This document shows, one piece after another, positions 1 through 13,141 of a stretch of 64,000 nt of DNA. Origin of the DNA: Mustelus asterias (Eukaryota); assembly GCF_964213995.1 (NCBI RefSeq), contig NC_135809.1:45694001-45758000 (forward strand). The letters run 5' to 3'. The notes under the pieces were generated by a model. That model was not told where the DNA came from. It searched no databases and saw only the letters and a list, made by a program, of their open reading frames with translations. The position numbers were made by a program, and so were the translations under genes. The stretch's first letter is position 1. Every line of letters starts with the position of its first letter.

Positions 1-864
1 GTGAATCAGCAGTGATAACCACTGTGCCAACCCTATTAGTATTTATAATTTAAACTGCAAAAGTAATGTGCACGCATTTTCAAAGATATTTGGTTACAAT
101 AAGACAAAAATATGATGTGTTACTGCCAATGTAAATATTGTGCCTGCGTGGACTTCTGATCATTTCTATTCAGTTGAAGGTTCATTCAGCCAAACACTTG
201 AAAATGTACAGGCCTTTCCATGCTGGATGCTGTCTGATGAATGACTTCTTAAAAAAATGTCAAAGAACACCCTCCAAAATATTAAATAGTCAGAAAATGT
301 AAGACAATTTGTAAGGAATTATTTCTTTACAGTCTGCTGTACTTTCCATCTTCCCTCCATTTTGATTCTCCATAGTTAATGCAGTAGCTGATGGATAGGG
401 ATGTGTGGGACATTATTTCAGGTTATACATGATGTAGTAGCATCATGAATTCTTCATCAGGGAATTGGAATAGTGGAGAGGCAAAACGGGGAGTAAAACT
501 TGTAGAATCAGATCTAACCCATGCAGCTTCATTCCCATCAGTCGATTATCAAGGAACATTAATAGTTGCTGTGGCAAAGTCCACACCCCAGTCTCTGCCA
601 CCCTCCTGATCTTTTGAGATAGGATGAGGTAGTGGGAGTAGTGTTAGTAGCTGGAGCAGAAAGGTTAACTTGCCTATGTACAATCTGATTAGATATTTTA
701 GTCAAAGGCACGGAGGCTAGCTGGTGTTTGGATTAAGAGGCTTGTTTCAGAAGAGCTCTCAGTGGATCTGACATCCGCAGCAGTCCTCTGTTGGTTAGGG
801 ACATCGTCACAATTTCTGAACGAAAGCAGCACACACAACAAAGCGTTAAAACAAAATGTCTTAC

Positions 865-922
865 CTTCATAAAATCGAATTTTATCCCTCAAAATCACCA
901 TGCCTTTAGTCAGCAGCTGATT
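865..922 (-). CDS. PRR5: PRR5 coding exon 4 (58 nt); gene continues beyond window start
   Basis: TAG acceptor and GTAAG donor. Encodes NQLLTKGMVILRDKIRFYE(G); overlaps the start of ORF 698..901. Confidence 0.96.
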
Positions 923-1487
923 CTACACAAGGAAATAAACAACAAAACAAAAATCAAAATTCACAATATTTACCAACACTCTGGTTCCTATATTCAGGGA
1001 TCACAATCATACATTCCATCATGAATTCCAGGTTTCAACTGTGCCATATTGAGGCGCTGAACATCAGCCAAGCATTTACTTTACAGGGGAAAAGCAACAT
1101 CCAACAATCCAGGATTGCTCCTGCACATCACTCAAATGTACCTGTATACTGGTGCCCGAGCTTCAGAATACTGGTGCTCAAACAGAGACCTTGATCTCCA
1201 CTGCCTCATTCCCCCAGTCTTAGCATACTTATTAACCTCCAGTAACTTTGGCAAAGGACTAGGATCAGGTGCCCAGCCTGTGCTTTCAGTTTGGGAAGTT
1301 GCATTGTGCAGACAGGGGAGAAAAACAGGAGGAAGAAAATCTTTATTTTCCAAATCAGATTTTGTAAATGAAGAATGATGATGTTTCTTTTGTTACTGCT
1401 AAATGGGTTTATGGGTACAGACAAACTAGTTTGGAAGGGTTAATTAATGAGACTGTGATGCAGCAGAAATAAATATATATACTAGTC

Positions 1488-1700
1488 AGCTGTGGCTCAG
1501 TGAGTGGTACTGTTGCCTCTGAATCAGGCACTTGTGCCACCCCAGGACTTGAGCACAAAAATCTGGGCTTTACAGTGAAGCACTGAGGAAGTACTCCTCT
1601 GTTGGAGGCACAATTTGTAGGTAAGATGTTAAACTGAGGTCCTGTTTGCTTCCCAGGTGGATGCAAATGATCCCATGGCACTATTTGGCGGAGCAAGCTC
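1488..1700 (+). mobile_element. Deu-domain tRNA-SINE (SacSINE1/AmnSINE1-like), 5' part
   Basis: tRNA-like head GTGGCTCAGTG and Deu core GATCCCATGGCACTATT. Confidence 0.7.
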
Positions 1701-3984
1701 AAGGAGACGAGCAGGCTACTCCAACTCCTAATTCATAATTAGTCTGGGACACCATAATTCTCATTAACAAAAATATATTAAAAAGTGTTGCTTTTGAAGT
1801 AAGCTATAATTTTTCCGTCATGTTTTTGGAGATGATGGAGTCATATACAAAACAACACTGTGCCAAGGTATAAAAGGACAATAAATATGTTAAGGAGTTT
1901 GAGGTGCTTGATCTGCCAGCTTTTTGGAGTAAACATGATATCCAATGATTTGTAGTAGCTCTCAGACACCAAATATTTAACAACAATAAGGTGCTGTGTG
2001 TTCCACTGTAAGCGAGCGCTCAGTTACTAAGCTGAGCCCAACTGAGCTTGGATTGGTCAGCACAGGTAACAACCTAAAATGAGCAGTCATAACTATGAAG
2101 CAAGATGCAAGAAAGGTGCTTAATGTTTAGCAAAATTGTGCATTTATTATACACTTCTGGTACAAATATTGAGCCAATGCAACACGAACTATCAGGGAAA
2201 CATCTGTGATGCTGTTGCTCGACTTAATTCACCCCCATCAGTAACTATGGATACATTTTACAGAATGTGCCAATTATTACCTGCTCCAGAAACAATGGCT
2301 GCCGTAAAACAAATCCTCGTTTCAACAATATCTAGGTTTAAGGATCTTGTTCAAAAGGCCAAGCCTCTCTTCTTCCAAGAAATAAGATCCTTTATCTGGG
2401 GATTATGGGAAAGAGGGCATTTCTGATGTGAAACCAAGTCCTAGTTCACTTTGATCAGCCATTTCCACAGTTAAGCACTGGACTTAAACTTGTAAACAGC
2501 CTAGCCTATGAGGAACTCAAGAAATCCAACAATGTCGTGATTCAGTAACACTCTTTTCCAAAGTTTTAAATGCAAACATTACCAGATATTTTCCCGCGCA
2601 TACCCCCCCATTCATTGTTGTCACCTAATGTCATTTAGCAACTGTACACATTAGAAATACACCAAACTCAATGTTGTGAGGAACAGTATTACTTTTAGTA
2701 GTTTCATCTAATGCACTGTGAATGTCAAGTTTATATCATGTACAGGAATTAGCTACTTCTGCTATTATTAAGATGAATGTCTCAAAGTATTTAAATACAA
2801 AAACAGAATCCCCTAAATGGTGCTAAAACATTCAGAGGTTCCAACTATGCTGTGTTACACAAGATTTTAATGTGTTTCTATTAAATTTATTTTGTTTGCT
2901 ATTTTAACAAGAGGTATCTATATTAAACCATAGAGCTTTACAAAGATCCATTTGGGATGACCATGTGGACCTAAGGCACTGTTTTTTCAATGGAGATAAA
3001 ATTGAAGCATTATCTAAAATTTAGAACAGTATTGACCTCCTTAATTCAGTCACTATACAAGAGGTGATAAAGCAGTTTAACTCACAGATATAATGTACCA
3101 ACTTAGCTCAATATCATTGTTGCCACAACTGCTTAATTTGTAGGACAAAACTGGGCGGAAAGCACACCATTCAACTGAAAAACAAATATCTTTTGGGATG
3201 GTCAAACTTTGCTTTATAACACACCTAGGAAGTACCTCATGATTTATTACATTAAGGCACTGTATAAAGGACAAGTTACTTGTTCCAATCATGTCTTTGA
3301 TTGGTAGCTTATTTAAATAACAGTTATGTTCAAAAGTCATCAATTGCTCTTGTTCAGATGAGTGAGTTTGTCAAAGGTTTTCAGAGTCAGCCAGATAACT
3401 TCCATACACGGTAGGAAAAATAAGTAATCATTGTACAAAAATATTAGCACAGCAGTTATAAACTTAGGAGCCAGCAAAGCTTAGCAACAATTGTGTTATT
3501 GCTACTGTTCACTTGGTCTTTTGACAAGTGATTTAATTTGTTTGGCTGTTAACGATAAACTCAAGTGCACCCGAATGTTATTCGACCCAACTTTTGAAAA
3601 CAAGGATGATCATGCGGAAAGCACAGAATCAAAACAGGAGCTGAAACAAATAGATCAGAGCAATCTGTTCCCTTGGCAGTTACCAGAACCGGTCTCTCTG
3701 GGATACAGAATAGCATTGAATACAGAAATCATAAATACCTAAAGTACAAGAGCAAAGAAATCTCCCCGCAAACAGGAACATCAAACAATGTGAATTTAAT
3801 ACAATAATATGGTTCACCGCCCATTGAAAGTCTGCTTTCATATTTGTGGTCCTAGGGTAAGCCCCAAAACTAGCCAGCAATTCAATAAGGTCAGTTGTTT
3901 CGAGATTTATTTCATTGTTGACAAAAAAGTTAAAATCTTGATAAATTCAGAGGTTAAGCAACAAGGTTTATACAACAGCAGCAG

Positions 3985-4850
3985 TACAAACAACTTGCAT
4001 TAACATAGCACCTTTAATGTCACAAAACATCCCAAGGCACATGTGACAGAAAGGAGAAAGCTTGTTAAAGAGATGGGCTTTGAGGTTATTTTAAGATGGA
4101 ACAAGGGAAATAGGGTGAGGTTTCGATGGGATTTCTGAACACAGGTCAGAGATGATTAAACACTTTGTCACTAAAGGTGGGCTAAAATTCATTGGAGGCT
4201 GGAGTCATAGCACAGTGCTCACCAATAGACATATGGGGGGGAAGAGAGTTGTAGATAGGGTGAGGTAGGATCAAGGAGGGATTTCTAGATGAGGACAAGG
4301 ATCTCATATGTGACTTGTGGGGGATTGGGAGTCATTGAAGGGCAGTAGAAATGGGATGATTTGTCAGCTGGACAGCAGTGTCCAAAAGGTACAAGAGTGA
4401 CTTGGACAAGCTGGAAGAAGGGTGTAAGAGTAAAGTGAGCATTACAACTCTTGGGTCTGGAGATGGAAGAAATGGGAGATGAATATTAGAGAAGAGGCGA
4501 GTTTAGAAGGTGCTGGGAGGAGATCAAAGAGAAGCTGCAAAGAGGCAGAGGCCCTGTGATATTGAGTGGGTAGGTGACTGCAGAAGGCAACCATAATTCA
4601 TGTAAGCCCATGCGGTATATTTGAAGCCAGCTCAGGGGCTGTGTGTGTTTAACAAATTAAACGTTCCAGCTCTGTGTTGAGGAACTCCTGACAGTGGCCC
4701 CGATGGAAAACAATGCAAGCTCTTTGACAAGATGTTGGCATGGCGGACCATCCTAGGCCATTTCTATTGGAGTGAAATGAACCAGGAAGAGCTGATAAAG
4801 GTCACTGTTCAAGAGGCGGAAATAGACAGTGTTAAAGAAGCTTAGATTTC
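3985..4850 (-). mobile_element. Old L2-like LINE remnant
   Basis: AACAACTTGCATT...AGCACCTTT tail followed by purine-rich degenerate sequence resembling the L2 remnant at 62.5-63.9 kb. Confidence 0.45.
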
Positions 4851-4995
4851 TTCACAACACAAATGTGCATTTGTCAAATTAATCATCTAAAAATCTGTAA
4901 AAATAAAACCATATAAATTGCATTGCCGTTTTCTCACACAATATTACCAATTTGGGAAATTTGCAGTTCCTAAAATAATTTCCCCTCCCACTCTA

Positions 4996-5317
4996 GGGTG
5001 GCACGGTGGTTAGCACTGCTGTCTCACAGCTCCAGAGACCTGGGTTGGTTCCTGGCTTGCGTCACTGTCTGTGTGGAATCTGCACGTCCTCCTCGTGTCC
5101 GCGTGGGTTTCCTCCGGGTGCTCCGGTTTCCTCCCAGTCCAAAGATGTGCGGGTTAGGTGCATTGACCACACTAAATTGCCCCTTAGCGTCCCAGGATGC
5201 GTAGGTTAGAGGGATTAGCGGGGTAAACATGTGGGGTTTCAGGGATAGGGCCGAGGTGGGATTGTTGTTGGTGCAGACTCGATGGACTAAATGGACTCCT
5301 TCTGTAGGGTTTCTATG
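4996..5317 (+). mobile_element. HE1-type V-SINE
   Basis: Head GGCACGGTGGTTAGCACTGCTG, V-domain GTGGGTTTCCTCCGGGTGCTCCGGTTTCCTCC, CR1-like tail ending TTCTATG. Confidence 0.9.
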
Positions 5318-5663
5318 GCACAATGAGCGCTGCTGGAGAAACAGCTATAGTTCCTTCTATCCCTCACAATGTGTTTCACTTCTCCTTTATCCTCACTTTA
5401 AATACAATAATCCATGACATGTACAAAGTGTTACCAATGCATACGTAGTGTCACTAAAGCCACATGGAGGTTCTTGAGGAACTTTGGGTTTCAGATAGTA
5501 AGACAACTTCCTCCTTACTCCCAGATGGGCCAGGTATACATTGTTCTGCCAAGATTTCAACTTCTTTCTTATGAGGGCATAAATCAGTATAGGTTACACA
5601 AAAATCAAAGTCCGTATATTAACATTTTGGAGTGGTGACTGAGGAAAAATACATAGTACTGAC

Positions 5664-5712
5664 CTGAAGATACTCAGTGAAAAATGATCCAAGTTCAGTT
5701 TTCAACAACTGC
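5664..5712 (-). CDS. PRR5: PRR5 coding exon 3 (49 nt)
   Basis: Long polypyrimidine tract plus GCAG acceptor; GTCAGT donor. Encodes (R)QLLKTELGSFFTEYLQ. Confidence 0.96.
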
Positions 5713-6262
5713 CTGCACCAAGGAAAAGGAAAAAAAAATTAGCAAGATCAGAAGCAAGATGCAGCAGTCAAAACCAGTTGCTACTTGGCTGTTCAAAACT
5801 GCCCTTAACTAGTAAGTTCACTCAAAGGCCATGGGAGGATGGTGCAAGAGATAAACACTGGTGCACCAACTGATGCCTTTCTAAGGTTCTGGACAGAGTA
5901 GGGTTAGCTTTACTCTGCTTCTAACTATGATATTGCTGTTCTTAGGCATTATTGATGGTGGAATAAAAAGGGTAATTTTAGTCAGACTTGCCAAGAAACC
6001 CTTAGAGTGATTAAAATGGGCAGGGTGTAAAAGCAGCATCGCAATTGATCCGGGCACATTCCTGATGGACAGGGTAGGTTAAAATTGCATCATGTTTCCC
6101 CGCCACCCTTGAGGGTCTGAAATGACAAGTGTACACACACTGCAACAAGCGGAAAGCTTAAATGAGGAAACAATCACTAACTGCACAGGTTTAAAAAAAA
6201 ACACAAGAGCACGCTATATTTAAAATCATTATACTTCAACATTGTTGATATAACGGGACTGG

Positions 6263-6664
6263 TTTTTAAAAATTCATTAGTGGCACATGGGCATCACTGG
6301 TTGGCCAGCCATTTTTGCCCATCCCTAACTCCCTTGAGAAGGTGGTGGGGAATTGAGTGATTTGCGAGGCCATTTCAAAGGGCAGTTGAGAGTCAACCAC
6401 ATTGCTGTGGCCCTGGAGTCACATGTAGGCCAGACCAGACAAGGACTGCATATTTCCTTCCCTCAAAACAATTAGTGAACCAGATGGGTCTTTCCAACAA
6501 TCGACAATGGATTCATGGTCATCAGTAAATTCTTAATTCCAGGTTTTATTGAATTTAAATTCCACAATCTGCCGTGACAGAATTTGAACCCGGGTTCGCG
6601 GAACATTAGCTGAGTTTCTGGATTGATAGTCTGGCGATGATACCATTAGGCCATCGCCTTCCCC
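6263..6664 (-). mobile_element. tRNA-derived SINE with Zenon/CR1-like LINE tail
   Basis: Same family as 30122-31033: head GGCGATGGCCTAATGGT, B-box GGTTCAAATTC, tail GGGATGGGCAA shared with LINE 3' ends in this window. Confidence 0.8.
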
Positions 6665-6789
6665 ACATACAGTGTCAGGATTCCTATTTTAGTGTTGTTC
6701 TCTGCTGGGCCTCAGGGGTGCCATTTTGGGGCAGCCTTTGTCACTTACTGCCCACACTGCCCACCAGCCACCCTACCCGCTGCACCCCA

Positions 6790-8420
6790 GTTCCCCTCCC
6801 ACTCAGCCCCCACCCTGCTCCCGACCCTCCCACTCACCGCCCACCCTGCTCCCCGACCCTCCCACTCACCGCCCACCCTGCTCCCCGACCCTCCCACTCT
6901 CCGCCCACCCTGCTCCCCGACCCTCCCACTCACCGCCCACCCTGCTCCCTGACCCTCCCACTCACCGCCCACCCTGCTCCCTGACCCTCCCACTCACCGC
7001 CCACCCTGCTCCCCGACCCTCCCACTCACTGCCCACCCTGGCCCTCCCACTCACTGCCCACCCTGCTCCCCGACCCTCCCACTCACTGCCCACCCTGCTC
7101 CCTGACCCTCCCACTCACTGCCCACCCTGCTCCCTGACCCTCCCACTCACTGCCCACCCTGCTCCCTGACCTTCCCACTCACCCCCCACCCTGCTCCCTG
7201 ACCCTCCCACTCTCCGCCCACCCTGCTCCCTGACCCTCCCACTCTCCGCCCACCCTGCTCCCCGACCCTCCCACTCTCCGCCCACCCTGCTCCCCGACCC
7301 TCCCACTCACTGCCCACCCTGACCCTCCCACTCACTGCCCACCCTGCCCCTCACTGCCCTCCCTGCCCCTCCCACTCACTGCCCACCCTGCTCCCTGCCC
7401 CTCCCACTCACTGCCCACCCTGCTCCCTGCCCCTCCCACTCACTGCCCACCCTGCTCCCTGCCCCTCCCACTCACTGCCCACCCTGCTCCCTGCCCCTCC
7501 CACTCACTGCCCACCCTGCTCCCTGCCCCTCCCACTCACTGCCCACCCTGCTCCCTGCCCCTCCCACTCACTGCCCACCCTGCTCCCTGCCCCTCCCACT
7601 CACTGCCCACCCTGCTCCCTGCCCCTCCCACTCACTGCCCACCCTGCTCCCTGACCCTCCCACTCACTGCCCACCCTGCTCCCTGACCCTCCCACTCACT
7701 GCCCACCCTGCTCCCTGCCCCTCCCACTCACTGCCCATCCTGCTCCCTGCCCCTCCCACTCACTGCCCACCCTGCCCCTCCCACTCACTGCCTACCCTGC
7801 TCCCTGACCCTCCCACTCACTGCCCACCCTGCTCCCTGCCCCTCCCACTCACTGCCCACCCTGCTCCCTGCCCCTCCCACTCACTGCCCACCCTGCTCCC
7901 TGCCCCTCCCACTCACTGCCCACCCTGCTCCCTGACCCTCCCACTCACTGCCCACCCTGCTCCCTGCCCCTCCCACTCACTGCCCACCCTGCTCCCTGAC
8001 CCTCCCACTCACTGCCCACCCTGCTCCCTGCCCCTCCCACTCACTGCCCATCCTGCTCCCTGCCCCTCCCACTCACTGCCCACCCTGCCCCTCCCACTCA
8101 CTGCCTACCCTGCTCCCTGACCCTCCCACTCACTGCCCACCCTGCTCCCTGACCCTCCCACTCACTGCCTACCCTGCTCCCTGACCCTCCCACTCACTGC
8201 CCATCCTGCTCCCCGACCCTCCCACTCAGCTCCCCGACCCTCCCACTCTCTGCCCACCCTGCTCCTTGACCCTCCCACTCACTGCTCACCCTGCTTCCTG
8301 ACCCTCCCATTCGCCGCCCACCCTGCTCCCCTGCTCCCCCACCCTCCGCCCACCCTGCTCCGCCACCCTCCCACTCTCTGCCCACCCTGCCCCGACCCTC
8401 CCACTCGCCACCCACCCTGC
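6790..8420. repeat. 32-bp minisatellite, about 50 copies, in PRR5 intron 2
   Basis: Unit CCCACCCTGCTCCCTG(A/C)CCCTCCCACTCACTG; period 32 checked at 6841/6873. Confidence 0.97.
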
Positions 8421-9976
8421 CCCCCCCTTCGCAACCCTCCCACTTGTAGCTCCTCTGGCTCACTTCCTCCTTCTTGCTGCCCTGCTCACAGCTAGGGTTT
8501 AGTGGTAGGAAGCAGTGGGTGTGTGGGTCGGCAAGCAGAAGATTAATAGCAAGTTGGTGTATTTCTTTCATATTTTAAAATTTATTTATTTTAAAATGGT
8601 CACTTCATTTACAAATATAGGATTTTAGCAATGTACGGTATTTCAACCTACAGGATATAATACTTTTATTCTGATGAGAGAAATCCTACAGAACCCAACG
8701 ATAGCCTTTTACATTGGTTACATTGGGAAAATCTGATGCAATGTAGGTTGATTCGTTTGAAGTTGTACTTTTCAGGAACATAACTAGATCACTAAGTGAG
8801 GGCTTGCAGTCGGCCATTTGGCCCCTCAAGCCTATTCTGCCATTCAATGAAATAATGGCTAATCTGCCTTAAACGCACAAAAAAGCAGGATATATCACTC
8901 AAAACCAGCTACACACTGAGTGAGTATATGCAATGCAGTAAACACAGTTCAGAGTGTCTTCAAAAACACAACACAGTGTTGGTTTGAAATGGTTTTGGAT
9001 AAATCCGCCAGTGTCACCTTTATGGTCAAACATCATTTTAACCCCTTGACATGTTACTATCACGTGGAACACTCCCCTTTGTGTGTTTTGCGTCGCATGG
9101 ACCCTCCACACACTCCTTTGTTTTTTCAGTCTGCCTTCTAACAATTTCAGCTCAAATATCATTCACTGGGCAACTCCAACAAGTGTTTGATCCTTCAGGA
9201 GAGAAAACCGGGGGGGGGGCGGGGGGGGGGGGGGGGGGGGTAGAAAACAACAACTGCTTATGATACAATGAGTGTTGTGCTCAAAGTACACCTTCATTGA
9301 AGTTTGCTTAATAGATAGGTATCAAGTTACTTGACTTTAAGCACCCCTCCCACCCGTCCCCCCGCTATGAATTCACCAGTGTTGTCAGTAGCACTGTTTA
9401 AACTGGATACTCAAAAATGACAGGCAGTAAAGCCAAACAATATACATTATTGATAGCTTGTAAGTGTTCACTTTTCTGTGGGTAAAAAGGACAATGAGGT
9501 GTGGTTGTGAATCATACAGCAGCAAAGTCGAGGTTCAATCTGTGGTCAATGCCAAGTTAGTTGATCTGCCAGGAATGACTAATAATGATATAAAGGTGGA
9601 GGAGGAAAGCATAAATAAGTTTTGCAATGCTCACTGGTAGTGCTGGAATTTGTACATCTCAGCACAGTGCAACAAGAATTGGTTTCACTGGCAGAGGTGG
9701 CTCTTCCTGAGTTTATATCATCCCTTTGCTATACCTGCCACACCACACCAATTAACAGCAGCTTGAAAACTCTGCTGGTGCAGAGTGCCAGAGGGTTCTA
9801 TCAGAGGTTTACCATTCGGAATACCACAGGCTGTGAGTTCCATTCCTGGTCTGTGCTGAGCTGTCCCATTTCAGCCAGGGGCGGAATGGGAACACCAGAG
9901 TTGATGTGAGGATGCATTTGTTGCTCTTTTCCTGCTCGCTATCTTATAAATCACTGCTGGAAATGCGGATGTGGAC

Positions 9977-10293
9977 ATCATAGAATCCTACAGTGCAGAA
10001 GGAGGCCATTCGGCCCATCGAGCCTGCACACTCTCACCCAGGCCCTATCCCCATAACCCCCGTGCATTTACCCAGCCAGTCCCCCTGACATTAAGGGACA
10101 ATTTAGTCTGGCCAATCCACCTAACCTGCACATTTTTGGACTGTGGGAGGCAACCAGAGCACCCAGAGGAAACCCATGCAGACACAGGGAGAACGTGCAG
10201 ACTCCACACAGACAATGACCTAAGTTGCGACTCGAACCCAGGTCCCTGGCGCTGTGAGGCAGCAGTGCTACCCACTGTGCTACTGTGCCACCC
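9977..10293 (-). mobile_element. HE1-type V-SINE
   Basis: Reverse complement of the 4996-5317 family. Confidence 0.9.
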
Positions 10294-10951
10294 GATCAGA
10301 ATCAGGCTCATCTGTGAAGGGCCACATTATCAAACAGTCCCCCTACGCACGTTACCCAAATTTGATTGTTTAAAAATGACCAGTTTAGATGGGTTACTGA
10401 AGGCATATAGCGGTCTTCAGAGCACATCCAAGTAGGACTTCAGAATAAGAAGGGTTGAGATGAATATAGGGGGAAGAAATACGTATCTCAAAAGCTTAAT
10501 ACTCCAAAATGTCCCAACTTGGGACACTTCCCAGCCAGCATTTCAGAGTAAGAATGGTGACCAGTGCTGGTCCCCTGAAACTGCTTGTTTAACATATAGC
10601 TCATGGTTGACACCAGTGAATCAGTTACTAGGCACAGACAGATTTGAAAATATTGCTCATAGGTAGAAGGGGAATGGACGATTAAAGCTCTATCATCAGA
10701 TAGGTTTACTATACATGCCCTAGCTGGAGTCCGTACTGAAATGCAGCAAGCAACATATTCTTTCAAAATTTAACTTCTCCATCAAAACAAAATTCCCCGA
10801 ATGATTTACTGATTCGTGGATCAAGTTACTTATAGGAGTTGCTTATTTTGAGTCCTCCTCCTCCTCAAATCAGACACGCTCAATTAAACAGTCCACCCAT
10901 CTCAGCAACAAAAAAGGTTCACCTCAAAGAAAGAAATTCTTGCCTGCTCAC

Positions 10952-11032
10952 CTGACTCCCTCGTTGAGATTATAAAGTTCATTATCGGGTAAACCTTTCC
11001 TCTGGAACACAGCGATTACAGCATTCTGTATG
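10952..11032 (-). CDS. PRR5: PRR5 coding exon 2 (81 nt)
   Basis: TTTTCCAG acceptor and GTGAG donor. Encodes (S)IQNAVIAVFQRKGLPDNELYNLNEGV(R); phase 2/2 fits both neighbouring exons. Confidence 0.96.
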
Positions 11033-11569
11033 CTGGAAAACAAAAGTTCAGCATTTGTCTAAAACTTGTCCAATTTAATACAATCATAAGACTTTGTACT
11101 GGTACTGCCTGTTAGCACACGGCAGTGACTGGTGATCACTCAGACATTTGCATTTCAGGTTAGTAGCACACATTCTTAAGTATTAAATTTCACCCAGGCT
11201 CATCTTATAAATTATTTGTCCTCTTGACTTCAATTAAATTAAATCAATCTTGGGATGGTGTGGGAGGTGGCAAAGCAGCTGCCAGCTGAGAGTTAAAGTG
11301 CAGTGAATTTATTTTATTAATAAAGATCTGGGGGGTGGGGGTGTTCCACTAATTAATTTAAAAGGGGTGGCCACCATTACTGGAAATAGACCAGGGCGAG
11401 ATCACTCAGTAAAGACGAGGCCTTGTATTTTGGAAGGAGGACTCTGAATATGCTTTTCACAAACGTTGAGTGGCAGAAAAAAGATTTTGCATTAAGTTCT
11501 CTTTTCAAGCATGCAACTTCTCAACATTGGCAGTAACGGGAAACTATTTCACCAATTTAAAGCAAACTT

Positions 11570-12380
11570 ATTAATTACAAAAATAGGGAGGTTATGCTTC
11601 AGTCGTCCAGAACATTGGTGAAACCACATCTGGGGTCCTTTGTACAGTATAGGTCTCCTTATTTAAGGAGATATGTAAATACGTTAGAAACAGTTCAGTG
11701 AAGGCTTACTAGAGTAATAACAGGAAGGGGTGGGTTGCCTTATGAGACAAGGTTGGACAGGTTAGGTTTGTATCCAAAAGAGTTTAGAAGAGTAAGAGGT
11801 GATTTGATTAATACCTGAGGAGTATTGACAGGGTGGATGTGGAGAGGATGTTTTCTCTTGTAGGAAAATGGGGCTCACTGTTTAGAAATAAGTGTCCACT
11901 CATTTAAGATAGAGATGAGGAGAAGTGTTTCCCTCAGTGGGTCGTGAGACTCTGGAACCCTCTTGTTCCAAAGGCAATGGAAGCAGAGACTTTGAATATT
12001 TTTAACAAGAAAAATACTGGAAAATCTCTGCAGTCCTGACAGCATCTGTGGAGGGAGAATAGAACCAACGTTTCGAGACTAGATGACATTTCGCCAGCTC
12101 GGACAAAATGTTGGCTCTACTCTCTCTCCATAGATGCTGTCAGACCTGCTGAGATTTTCCAGAATTTTTCTGTTTTTGTTTCAGATTCCAGCATCCGCAG
12201 TAATTTGAGTTTATCTTGAATATTTTTAAGACTGATCTAGATAGATTCTTGATTAACAAGGGGGTGAAAGGTGATCGGGGTAGGCAGGAATGTGGGGTTG
12301 ATGTTACAATGGGATCTTATTGAATGGTGGAGTAAGCTTGAGGGGCCAAGTGGCCTACTCCTAATTTGTATGTTCGTATG
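11570..12380 (+). mobile_element. CR1 LINE 3' fragment, interrupted at 12006-12215
   Basis: Degenerate ORF2 C-terminus (LVKPHL...RRVRGDLI) and a CR1 3' UTR ending TGTATGTTCGTATG. Confidence 0.85.
12006..12215. mobile_element. Palindromic Penelope-type mini element (second family)
   Basis: Inverted arms (GACAGCATCTGTGGAG / CTCCATAGATGCTGTC), 14-bp TSD TTGAATATTTTTAA (11992-12005, 12216-12229), partial GAAACGTT hammerhead half. Confidence 0.7.
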
Positions 12381-13141
12381 CTATTGCAAGCAAGAGATTA
12401 ATAAGAAATACCTGCCTTTTAGGAGCAGATGCCTCATTGAATTTAACAACATTATTCTACAGAGAAACTAATCTCAAAGCACCTAACTTAGGAGACCCAT
12501 AGTTTTCAACAATTGGTCTATTAGTCCCACAATTTAAAATCTGTATGAAGAGATCTATCATGAATGCTCCAGCTGTAGGTTACTGTACACAGCCAATGAT
12601 CACTGCTTTATAGACTGTTCAAACTGTTTACACAAATCATTTTTATAGATTTACCAGTTAGATACTCTTCCTGTATTTAAATACGCAGCCTTACGTTATA
12701 AATACTTGTTTTATGATATGGATATATTGATTATATAAAATTCTGTAGCTTCTTTGCTGATATTGCCCAGTATATAAATAATAGCTGACAACTCATCCTG
12801 AACGTTTTCTTTGAGGGATGAGGATATTACCATCCAATAAACCTGACCACCCTTTGGTGGTTACTGCTCAGACTAAACCCAGAAACGTAAGAAATCTCTA
12901 CTGTTGTGGACATATTCCTGTGTGAGATTGGAGATACACACACCCCACAGAAAATGGAGAAGGGGCATTAAACTAACATAGGAATGAGGCCAAACATCAT
13001 GGGACAAGAATGGACAAACAGGCAGTGGGTGCAGTTGGGATCGTATGGAGTGTTGTCAATATTGTGGGAGTAACAGAGTATTGGTAGAATTGTCTTACTT
13101 CAGCCTAACCGCTGTAATGCTGGCTTTACACACTGCCCAGT

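Noticed and set aside
698-864. C-terminal part of ORF 698..901 as PRR5 coding sequence
   Set aside because: Homology stops at the GTAAG donor at 864; the remainder is intron read-through.
6790-8420. CRISPR-like periodicity
   Set aside because: Head-to-tail repeats with no unique spacers, no cas genes, and a vertebrate intronic context.
6637-8571. Pro-rich and Gly-rich ORFs
   Set aside because: These are translations of the 32-bp minisatellite; a 32-bp unit does not preserve a reading frame.
8671-8683. CTGATGA..GAAA hammerhead-like motif
   Set aside because: Only 2 nt separate the motifs, so there is no stem II and no supporting stem I.
9209-9240. Long G/C homopolymers (also about 37790, 38520 and 62735)
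   Set aside because: Simple low-complexity runs whose lengths are error-prone; no further structure.
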